Notes under the pieces: generated by a model
What the model was told of the DNA's origin: nothing
What the model saw: the letters and a program-made list of their open reading frames with translations, nothing else
The model's database searches: none
Part shown: positions 56,889 through 64,000 of the stretch, in pieces
Position numbering within the stretch: the stretch's first letter is position 1
Layout of the letters: each line of letters starts with the position of its first letter
Made by a program: the position numbers and the translations under genes
Source of the DNA: Cytophagaceae bacterium
GTDB lineage: Bacteria > Bacteroidota > Bacteroidia > Cytophagales > Spirosomataceae
Length of the DNA stretch: 64,000 bases
Reading direction: 5' to 3'
NCBI GenBank assembly: GCA_027486845.1
Contig: JAIXOL010000078.1
Span: forward strand, 131,047 to 195,046

Positions 56889-57879
56889 TTTTGCCTAATA
56901 TTTTCTGAACTTCAATCAGAATTTTTTGTAGTACATCTATTGAAACACTATTCCCAAATTGTTTGTATGCTTGTGGAGCATTTTTGTTAATTTTAAAATC
57001 TTCGGGAAACCCTTGCACTCTTGCACATTCTCTTGGGGTTAGTCTCCGAATTTTACCACCAACCAAATATAGTCCTGTTTTAGCACCAACACCTCCACCA
57101 TGAGCCGAAAGTGTAATCGCATGACCACGAGTATCATAAATACGTTCGCCTTGTCCGCCTTTATTCACTTTCCCAATTTGAAGTGGTTTATTAATTGTTG
57201 TTTTTCCAAATAATGTATCTTGAAAATAGTAGTTTTTGTGCATTTCAATATCATTTCTCTCAATAAACTTAATATTTGGAGAATTTTCTTCCAATATTTC
57301 TTCGACAGAAATAGCTTCATTTAATGGAGATGGAAACGAAAAATTTGTTGTATCGATATTTTTTGCAAATGCAACAATATATATTCTTTCTCGATTTTGT
57401 GGCAAACCAAAGTTACTTGAATTTAAGACTTTACTGAATACCGTATAATCTAGTTTTTCGAGCGTTTCTACAATTACCTTTAAAGTACGTCCTTCATCAT
57501 GATTGATTAGATTTTTTACATTTTCTAAAAACACAACTTTGGGTTTATGAAAAGAGGTGATACGAGCAATATCAAAGAAAAGAGAACCTCTAATATCGTC
57601 AAAACCTTTTTGCGTCCCAGAAATTGAAAATGCTTGGCACGGAAATCCAGCACATAAGATTTCGTGCTGAGGAATTTCTTGCTCATTTATTGTAGTAATA
57701 TCGCCAAAAGGTTCAATATTGAAATTCTCAATGTAAGTCTCAATTGCAAATTTATCCAACTCCGAAGCAAAAACACATTTTGCACCATATGAAGATAAAG
57801 CAATATGAAATCCTCCTATTCCTGCAAATAAGTCTATGAATCTATAATTTGACAGTGTTTTCCCTTTTACTTCAATCAT
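56836..57879 (-). CDS. DNA (cytosine-5)-methyltransferase, M.HhaI/M.HinP1I-like (predicted GCGC specificity)
   Basis: 347-aa ORF. Motif I is FIDLFAGIGGF, IV is GFPCQAFS, VI is ENVKN and VIII is QNRERIY. The TRD GGQGERIYDTRGHAITLSAHGGGVGAKTG is very close to that of M.HhaI. Motif IX is RECARVQGFP and X is GNSV. Its 3' end overlaps the R pseudogene start by 53 nt. Confidence 0.9.
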   Translation of the reverse strand: MIEVKGKTLSNYRFIDLFAGIGGFHIALSSYGAKCVFASELDKFAIETYIENFNIEPFGDITTINEQEIPQHEILCAGFPCQAFSISGTQKGFDDIRGSLFFDIARITSFHKPKVVFLENVKNLINHDEGRTLKVIVETLEKLDYTVFSKVLNSSNFGLPQNRERIYIVAFAKNIDTTNFSFPSPLNEAISVEEILEENSPNIKFIERNDIEMHKNYYFQDTLFGKTTINKPLQIGKVNKGGQGERIYDTRGHAITLSAHGGGVGAKTGLYLVGGKIRRLTPRECARVQGFPEDFKINKNAPQAYKQFGNSVSIDVLQKILIEVQKILGKNEQRTIKRFADSKEWFS

Positions 57880-57975
57880 TTTAAATGGCTATTCACTTAT
57901 TCTTCCGTACAAATATAAAGAAACCATTCCAAGCCACAAACTTGCTGCAATATATCGTGATATTTATGTATATTT

Positions 57976-58833
57976 ATGTCTCAAACCTACTCAATTAATA
58001 ATATGAACTTTACCGAATTATCTTGGAAAACATCTGATGGACTTAATATTTATGGTAAAAAATGGGAAAGCAGTTTGCCCATAAAAGCTGTAATTTGTAT
58101 GATGCACGGCATGGGCGAACATATCAATCGCTATAATCACGTGGCCGAAATGTTTACGATTAATGGCTATGCCGTAATTGGCTGCGACCATCGTGGACAC
58201 GGAAAATCGGAAGGAAAACGCGGGCATTTTCCCGATTTTGATACTTTTATGAATGATGTAGATGCTTTATTGAAAGCTACCTATGCTCATTTTCCTGATG
58301 CCAAACTAATTCTTTTTGGGCATAGTATGGGTGGGAATTTATTGGCTAATTATCTGCTTCGTCGTCAACCTATAATTGCTGGAGCGATTTTGTCTTCACC
58401 ATATTTTCAATTAGCATTTCAACCTTCACAAATTACTCTTTTTATTGGAAGGTTAATGAAAGATATTTTTCCAGCTTTATCATTGAGTAGCGGTTTAGAT
58501 TCTTCAGCGATTTCACGAGATACTGATATTGTTAAAAAATATAATGAAGACTCGCTCGTACATGATAAAGTTTCGGCAAAAATGGGTATTGAAATGATTG
58601 AAACTGGTCAATGGGCAATTGATAATGCTGATAAATTAAGTATTCCGACTTTGGTTTATCATGGTTCTGCCGATCGCCTTACTTCGCATCAGGGTAGCAA
58701 ACTTTTTGCTGAAAAAGCAGGTAAAATTGTTACATTTTTTTCTCTTGATGGCCTATATCACGAAATACATAATGAACCTGAAAAAGGTGTAGTTTTCGAA
58801 AAAATCATTCTTTGGCTGAACAATTTGACTTAA
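57976..58833 (+). CDS. Alpha/beta hydrolase (lysophospholipase / monoacylglycerol lipase-like)
   Basis: 285-aa ORF. It has an HGMGEH oxyanion block, the nucleophile elbow GHSMGG and the C-terminal His block LYHEIHNEPE. Confidence 0.8.
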   Translation: MSQTYSINNMNFTELSWKTSDGLNIYGKKWESSLPIKAVICMMHGMGEHINRYNHVAEMFTINGYAVIGCDHRGHGKSEGKRGHFPDFDTFMNDVDALLKATYAHFPDAKLILFGHSMGGNLLANYLLRRQPIIAGAILSSPYFQLAFQPSQITLFIGRLMKDIFPALSLSSGLDSSAISRDTDIVKKYNEDSLVHDKVSAKMGIEMIETGQWAIDNADKLSIPTLVYHGSADRLTSHQGSKLFAEKAGKIVTFFSLDGLYHEIHNEPEKGVVFEKIILWLNNLT

Positions 58834-58916
58834 TTCAAATCTTCTGAGGGGCGTCATGAGTTACGTTCTTATTTCTTCTTTTTCCAGTCTCCTTCACGGT
58901 AAGTTATAAAATAATA

Positions 58917-59008
58917 TCAATCGGAAATTTGCAAACAGTTAAATGTCTGTCTATTAGCTTATTAACTTACTGTGGACTTCTTGACTATTAACTGTGAACT
59001 TCTTCTGA
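58917..59008 (+). repeat. Long copy of the dispersed intergenic repeat
   Basis: TCAATCGGAAATTTGCAAACAGTTAAATGTCTGTCTATTAGCTTATTAACTTACTGTGGACTTCTTGACTATTAACTGTGAACTTCTTC. It is collinear with 39885-39974. Confidence 0.7.
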
Positions 59009-59080
59009 ACAAGTTTGAAACTTGTTTGGCAACTTTGTTTAATTAAATTAATCAAAAAAATATTTATATTATAATTGTCA

Positions 59081-59133
59081 TAACAATAATTATTATTATT
59101 TTTGTATGTGTAACAATAGTTGTTATAACAATA
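59081..59133. promoter_or_regulatory. Array of TAACAATA units / overlapping palindromes upstream of the hmgA remnant-hppD operon (candidate operator)
   Basis: TAACAATA occurs at 59081, 59111 and 59126. The last two form TAACAA-TAG-TTGTTA-TAACAA, which includes the perfect 12-bp palindrome TTGTTATAACAA (59120-59131). The array ends 34 bp upstream of the ATG at 59167. Confidence 0.35.
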
Positions 59134-59166
59134 GAATATTCGTTTTACGTTTCTCACGAATTTATA

Positions 59167-59499
59167 ATGCCTATTTATCATAAACTCGGAAATACTCCTT
59201 CAAAACGCCATACTCAGTTTCAGAAGCCTGATTGTGGCTTGTATTATGAGCAACTTTATGGAACAATTGGCTTTGATGGAATGGCATCTTTGATTTACCA
59301 CATTCATCGACCTAAACAAGTTATTGAAATACTTGAAAGTCAAGGCCTTAGGCCAAAATCGGCCAATTCTCACAATATGATGAGGCGGAAGTTTATTGGT
59401 TTTGGTGTGGAGCCAAAAGATGATTTTTTGGAAAGCAAAGTGCCGATGATGTTTAATAAAAATTGTTTTATTGGCGTAGTTGCTCCTAAGCAATCTTAA
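59167..59499 (+). pseudogene. hmgA: Homogentisate 1,2-dioxygenase, N-terminal remnant only
   Basis: The 110-aa ORF MPIYHKLGNTPSKRHTQFQKPDCGLYYEQLYGTIGFDG...CFIGVVAPKQS* matches the N-terminus of HmgA proteins, which normally run about 380-450 aa. The catalytic cupin part is missing. Only about 170 bp of decayed sequence separates the remnant from hppD. Confidence 0.7.
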
Positions 59500-59673
59500 T
59501 GCTATGAAATATGGGGATGGGAAGTGTTTCCAGAGTTGGAAAAAGTAGTTTATCACTATTTAGGTACTAGATACTCATCGGTTACTTATTATATCTTTAT
59601 TCTCTTAGTTCCTTATCAGACTGCCTTCACAGTGGGGTTTAATATATTTCATCAATATTCAAAAAATAAAAAA

Positions 59674-60801
59674 ATGTTACTTCAAGAAACACAAAATATT
59701 TTCGAACAAAAGAATGATTTTCTACCAATCAATGGCACTGACTATATTGAGTTGTATGTAGGAAACTGTAAGCAAGCGGCACATTATTACCAAACAGCTT
59801 TTGGTTTTCAGCCATTGGCTTATGCAGGTCTTTCAACTGGTCTTCGTGACCGTGAAAGCTATGTTGTCCAACAAGGGAAAATTCGCTTAATTCTTACTAC
59901 TCCCCTTTATGGAGGTACTGAAATTGGGAGGCATATCGACCAACATGGTGATGGTGTAAAAGTTGTTGCTCTCTGGGTGGATGATGCTCGTGATGCTTAT
60001 TTTGAAACCATTTCTCGCGGAGCCAAACCATATTTTGAGCCAATCATTGAAGAAGATGAATTTGGTAAAGTTGTTCGTTCGGGAATTCATACTTACGGTG
60101 ATACTGTACATGTTTTCGTAGAAAGAAGTGAGTATAAAGGTACTTTTTTGCCAAATTTTATAGCGTGGAAACCAAAGTATAATCCTTCGCCAGTTGGCTT
60201 AAAATACGTAGACCATATTGTAGGAAACGTGGGTTGGAACGGCATGAATGAATGGGTAAATTTCTATGGAAAAGTTATGGGATTTAACCAATTGGTAAGC
60301 TTCGATGATAATGATATTTCGACTGAATATACGGCTTTAATGAGTAAGGTAATGTCTAATGGAAACGGTCGCATTAAGTTCCCAATCAATGAGCCGGCCG
60401 AAGGGAAAAAGAAATCACAAGTAGAAGAATACCTTGATTTTTATGGCGGAGCTGGAGTACAACACTTAGCCGTTGCGACCGATGATATAATCACAACAGT
60501 TACACATTTGAGTGAGCATGGCGTAGAATTTTTGCAAGTTCCTGAGAGTTATTACGAAGATTTAAAAGGTCGAATCGGCGATATTGATGAAGAAATTGAA
60601 CAACTAAGGCAACTTGGTATTTTGGTCGACCGTGATGAGGAAGGCTATTTACTTCAAATTTTCACAAAACCAATTGAGCCTCGACCGACGATGTTTTTTG
60701 AAATTATTCAAAGAAAAGGTGCAAAATCATTTGGAAAAGGCAATTTTAAAGCCCTTTTTGAAGCAATAGAGCGTGAACAAGTTTTGAGAGGAACGCTTTA
60801 A
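59674..60801 (+). CDS. hppD: 4-hydroxyphenylpyruvate dioxygenase
   Basis: The start is taken at MLLQETQNIF (375 aa), because the longer ORF from 59524 runs through the hmgA debris. Motifs: GTDYIELYVGN, VDHIVGNV, INEP..GKKKSQVEEYL, GAGVQHLA, and the C-terminal FFEIIQRKGAKSFGKGNFKALFEAIEREQ. Confidence 0.9.
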   Translation: MLLQETQNIFEQKNDFLPINGTDYIELYVGNCKQAAHYYQTAFGFQPLAYAGLSTGLRDRESYVVQQGKIRLILTTPLYGGTEIGRHIDQHGDGVKVVALWVDDARDAYFETISRGAKPYFEPIIEEDEFGKVVRSGIHTYGDTVHVFVERSEYKGTFLPNFIAWKPKYNPSPVGLKYVDHIVGNVGWNGMNEWVNFYGKVMGFNQLVSFDDNDISTEYTALMSKVMSNGNGRIKFPINEPAEGKKKSQVEEYLDFYGGAGVQHLAVATDDIITTVTHLSEHGVEFLQVPESYYEDLKGRIGDIDEEIEQLRQLGILVDRDEEGYLLQIFTKPIEPRPTMFFEIIQRKGAKSFGKGNFKALFEAIEREQVLRGTL

Positions 60802-60897
60802 ATAATTTTGATTGATAGAATGAGTGAATGATAAAATAGAAAATATTACTTCACTCAATCTATCATTCGCTCAATCTTTTATTCAATCATTAATTCC

Positions 60898-61629
60898 ATG
60901 AGTCCGAACCATAAGACATTTATTTCTGCTAGTCATGAGGTGTGGCAGGTGCTTTTCCAGCGGCAGATGCAGAAATTACCTGCGATTGCCAGTGAAGTTT
61001 ATTTGGAGGGAATTGGAAAATCTGGTTTGGTGGCAGACCAAATTCCAAATTTTGAGAGAGAAATTAATCCTCGCTTACATGCACTGACGGGCTGGTCAGT
61101 GGTATCATGTCATGGCTTAGTACCAATCAAGGAATTTTTTGAGCTTTTAGCTGATAAAAAATTCCCTGTTTCAACGTGGATTCGCACAATAGAACAATTA
61201 GAGTATTTGGAAGAGCCAGATATGTTTCATGACACTTTTGGACATGTGCCTCTACTTACCAACCAGTCTTTTTGTGATTTTTTGTCAGAGTTTAGTACAA
61301 TTTCGCTCAAATATATTGATGATGAAGAGGCAGTGAAATTATTACAAAAACTTTACTGGTTTACGGTAGAGTTTGGGCTAATTCGTGAAAATAATCAACT
61401 GAAAATTTACGGTGGCGGCATTATTTCATCAAGTGGCGAAAGTGTTTACAGCTTATGTAGTGGAATACCTAAACGTGTAGCCTATTGTATTGAAGAAATT
61501 TTGCAAACTGAGGTGAAAATTAATGCCTACCAAAAAAAGTATTTTATAATAGAATCTTACGAACAACTGTATATATCGCTCCGAAATTTTGAAGAAATCT
61601 TAGAACGTCATTTATTAGAGTATCAATAA
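60898..61629 (+). CDS. phhA: Phenylalanine-4-hydroxylase (pterin-dependent aromatic amino acid hydroxylase)
   Basis: 243-aa ORF containing the iron-binding block PDMFHDTFGHVPLL and the later YWFTVEFGL block. Confidence 0.85.
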   Translation: MSPNHKTFISASHEVWQVLFQRQMQKLPAIASEVYLEGIGKSGLVADQIPNFEREINPRLHALTGWSVVSCHGLVPIKEFFELLADKKFPVSTWIRTIEQLEYLEEPDMFHDTFGHVPLLTNQSFCDFLSEFSTISLKYIDDEEAVKLLQKLYWFTVEFGLIRENNQLKIYGGGIISSSGESVYSLCSGIPKRVAYCIEEILQTEVKINAYQKKYFIIESYEQLYISLRNFEEILERHLLEYQ

Positions 61630-61693
61630 TTGAAGGTTTTTTCTACTTTTGTAATATTAATACTTTAGATTGTAAATTTTATACCGAATTTAA

Positions 61694-61719
61694 TTTGCAA
61701 AGCTTAATTAGTTTGCAAA
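61694..61719. promoter_or_regulatory. Two copies of the palindrome TTTGCAAA upstream of the MarR gene (candidate operator)
   Basis: TTAATTTGCAAA (61691-61701) and TTAATTAGTTTGCAAA (61704-61719). The palindromic cores start 18 bp apart, about 70-90 bp upstream of the ATG at 61786. Confidence 0.3.
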
Positions 61720-61785
61720 TTTTATGTAAGTTTTGATTCTTAATTTAAAGTAAATAAAAGTAGATAAAGACTGAACATATAATAA

Positions 61786-62223
61786 ATGACACACTCAGAT
61801 AAACGATCGTACTATTTTAAAATTGATACTACAATCAAAAGGATTCGGAGTTTCATGCAAAAGGGACTCACCGATGGAGGTATTGACCTAACAGTTGACC
61901 AATGGGTAGTGATTGATCATATCAAACCCAAAGCGGGAATTAGTCAGAATGATTTGGCAGTTGATACAGCAAAAGATGCTCCAACTATTACCCGAATCTT
62001 AGATTTATTAGTAGAAAAAGGCTTGGTTCGTCGCCAAATGGCCGATGATGACCGCAGAAAATTTAATATTTATTTGACTGAAGAAGGCGAAAATTTACAT
62101 CAAAATGCTTTGAGCGTGATTGGGGAAATTCGTAGAAAATCCTGGGGAACTTTGAATGATGAGGACTATGACCATTTGGTCAGAATCATGGATACGATTC
62201 ACAAAAATGTGAGCGATAAATAA
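61786..62223 (+). CDS. MarR family transcriptional regulator
   Basis: 145-aa ORF with a winged-HTH region (LTVDQWVVIDHI...ISQNDLAVDTAKDAPTITRILDLLVEKGLVRRQMADDDRRKFNIYLTEEG). Confidence 0.85.
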   Translation: MTHSDKRSYYFKIDTTIKRIRSFMQKGLTDGGIDLTVDQWVVIDHIKPKAGISQNDLAVDTAKDAPTITRILDLLVEKGLVRRQMADDDRRKFNIYLTEEGENLHQNALSVIGEIRRKSWGTLNDEDYDHLVRIMDTIHKNVSDK

Positions 62224-62288
62224 TTGATGGTTTCCAAAATTGGTTTTCAAGCTAAGTTTTGTAAACTGATTTTGTAAATAATTTAAAA

Positions 62289-63491
62289 ATGACTACTTGG
62301 ATCGAAATATCATCCGAAAGCGATTTTTCAATTTATAATCTTCCTTTTGGAATTTTTAGTACACACAAAAAAAAACCTCAAGTTGGTGTCCGAATCGGTG
62401 ATTATGTCATTGATTTAGAGCAGACCCGAAAATTGGGCTTGCTCAATATTCCCAGAAATATTTGTAATCAGTCGAGTCTAAATTCTTTTATCGGACTTGG
62501 AAAAAAACTTACAAATACCGTAAGAATTCAGCTCCAAGAATGGCTAATTCAAGAAAATTCTCCACTAAAAAGGCATTTTGACCACGTTTTTTATAAAATT
62601 GAAGAAGTAAAAATGCACCTACCCGTAAAAATTGGTGATTATACTGATTTCTATTCAAGCATCGAACATGCAACAAATGCAGGAAAAATATTTCGTCCCG
62701 ATAATCCACTTTATCCAAACTGGAAACATTTGCCGATTGCATATCATGGTCGTGCAAGTTCGATTGTCATTTCAAATACCCCAATTCATCGCCCCAATGG
62801 TCAATTTAAATCTGTGGATTCACCATTTCCTATTTTTGGTTCAACAAATGAATTAGATTTTGAATTAGAAATTGGTGCAATTATCGGTAGAAATTCTGAA
62901 CATGGGAAATGTGTAAACACTTCAGAAGCAGAAGATTATGTTTTCGGGCTGGTACTTTTCAATGATTGGTCTGCAAGAGATATTCAACGTTGGGAAACGC
63001 TTCCATTGGGGCCATTTTTAGGCAAAAATTTTGCTTCTTCAATTTCGCCGTGGGTTGTAACGCTTGAAGCCTTAGAAACATTCAGAGTACAAGGCCCAGC
63101 TCAAGAACTTCAGCCATTGCCATATTTGCAATTTGATGGAATCAGAAATTTTGATATTCAACTTATGGCCAAACTCAACGAAACGACCATCACAAATACA
63201 AATTTCAAGTATAGGTACTGGAATATCGCTCAACAAGTTGCACACCACACGGTCAACGGTTGTAACTTAAAAATCGGAGATATTTTGGCATCGGGAACAA
63301 TAAGCGGTTCGGAAGTTGGTTCATATGGCTCTCTTTTAGAACTCACTTGGGCAGGAAAAAATCAAATTACGCTTACAAATGGAGAAACTCGCACATATCT
63401 CGAAAACGGTGATAAGCTAACCTTAGTTGGTTTTTGTGAAAAAGACGGAATAAGAGTTGGTTTTGGTGAGGTAATGGGAGAAATAATCTGA
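62289..63491 (+). CDS. fahA: Fumarylacetoacetase
   Basis: 400-aa ORF with an N-terminal FAH_N domain (SDFSIYNLPFGIFS). The catalytic domain blocks are DYTDFYSS, HLPIAYHGRASS, LDFELE and LFNDWSARDIQ. Confidence 0.9.
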   Translation: MTTWIEISSESDFSIYNLPFGIFSTHKKKPQVGVRIGDYVIDLEQTRKLGLLNIPRNICNQSSLNSFIGLGKKLTNTVRIQLQEWLIQENSPLKRHFDHVFYKIEEVKMHLPVKIGDYTDFYSSIEHATNAGKIFRPDNPLYPNWKHLPIAYHGRASSIVISNTPIHRPNGQFKSVDSPFPIFGSTNELDFELEIGAIIGRNSEHGKCVNTSEAEDYVFGLVLFNDWSARDIQRWETLPLGPFLGKNFASSISPWVVTLEALETFRVQGPAQELQPLPYLQFDGIRNFDIQLMAKLNETTITNTNFKYRYWNIAQQVAHHTVNGCNLKIGDILASGTISGSEVGSYGSLLELTWAGKNQITLTNGETRTYLENGDKLTLVGFCEKDGIRVGFGEVMGEII

Positions 63492-63560
63492 GCTTTGTGC
63501 GATTGGTTGGATTATTAGATTCCTATTTCAATTATCCATTTTATATTATTCATTATAAAG

Positions 63561-64000
63561 ATGCTAACACTTAGCCCAAAAGAATTAGATTCAAGAGAAT
63601 TTTATAGTTATCTGACAGGAACAATTGCTCCTCGACCGATTGCTTTTGCGAGTACGCTTGATAAATTGGGCAATGTAAATCTGAGTCCATTTAGTTTTTT
63701 TAATATTATGGGCATCAATCCCCCGATTTTGGTTTTTGCACCAAATAATCGAGGTCGAGATGGCTCAAAAAAAGATACAATTCTTAATCTTGAAGAAGTA
63801 CCAGAAGTGGTAATAAACATGGTAGATTATGCGATGGTGCAACAAATGTCACTTTCGAGTGTTGAGTTTCCAAGAGGTATGAACGAATTTATTAAGGCGG
63901 GTTTTGGAGAAGAAAAATCCGTTTTTGTAAAGCCTCCAAGAGTAAAAGAATCAAAAGCCCAATTTGAATGTAAAGTTCTTGAAATCAAGCAGTTTGGTTC
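63561..64000 (+). CDS. Flavin reductase-like (FMN-binding split-barrel) protein, 5' part; the gene runs off the right edge
   Basis: The frame is open from ATG 63561 to the window end. The translation MLTLSPKELDSREFYSYLTGTIAPRPIAFASTLDKLGNVNLSPFSFFN is typical of the flavin reductase domain family. It is absent from the ORF track because no stop codon lies inside the window. Confidence 0.7.
   Translation, partial: MLTLSPKELDSREFYSYLTGTIAPRPIAFASTLDKLGNVNLSPFSFFNIMGINPPILVFAPNNRGRDGSKKDTILNLEEVPEVVINMVDYAMVQQMSLSSVEFPRGMNEFIKAGFGEEKSVFVKPPRVKESKAQFECKVLEIKQFG

Noticed and set aside
58954-59181. 75-aa ORF rich in N, Y and C
   Set aside because: It is read through a repeat copy and the TAACAATA array. 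The composition reflects AT-rich repeats, not coding sequence.
1-64000. CRISPR arrays, rRNA/tRNA genes, IS elements with transposases, prophage or toxin-antitoxin modules
   Set aside because: I saw no regularly spaced direct repeats with unique spacers and no tRNA-like T-arms other than the one in ssrA. I saw no transposase-like ORFs and no phage structural genes in any frame.

Overview
This 64 kb window reads as a low-GC (mid-30s % by eye) chromosomal segment of a Bacteroidota-type genome (Cytophagales/Flavobacteriia-like). The placement rests on protein families, TTTG...TAnnTTTG-type promoter boxes, lipoprotein signals and a tmRNA whose tag ends YAMAA. It holds about 55 protein genes, mostly housekeeping or metabolic. 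Recognised genes: guaA, hisG, hisD, galM, tex, ade, dapF, rplS, rlmF, nnr, metH, hppD, phhA, fahA. There is also an arsR-DUF6428-arsC cluster, two secreted amidohydrolases and a PQQ quinohemoprotein. One tmRNA gene (ssrA) is present. I found no rRNA, tRNA or CRISPR array. I could not identify a convincing new multi-gene system such as a defence island, and I say so plainly. The observations I think deserve a second look are these. (1) A dispersed 90-110 bp intergenic repeat family has a conserved head (TTAATCGACAAATTTG) and a tail of 7-bp-phased TCGAC/TTGAC/TGGAC units. There are at least four long copies plus many tail-only copies, several abutting start or stop codons. (2) A tyrosine recombinase gene plus about 730 bp of non-coding DNA is bracketed by a 16/17-nt inverted repeat. 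Each arm sits 30-45 bp upstream of one of two divergent genes, so this may be an inverton or mini-element, or it may just be two similar promoters. (3) A HhaI/HinP1I-like (GCGC) restriction-modification pair has an intact methyltransferase but an endonuclease killed by two in-frame nonsense codons. In a by-eye scan I found no GCGC anywhere in the window. (4) A tyrosine-catabolism cluster (hppD, phhA, MarR, fahA) has homogentisate dioxygenase reduced to an N-terminal remnant. (5) A 1097-aa secreted protein of unknown function is built from internally duplicated modules. All coordinates and motifs were read by eye from the sequence. Family assignments come from remembered motifs and sequences, not from database searches.
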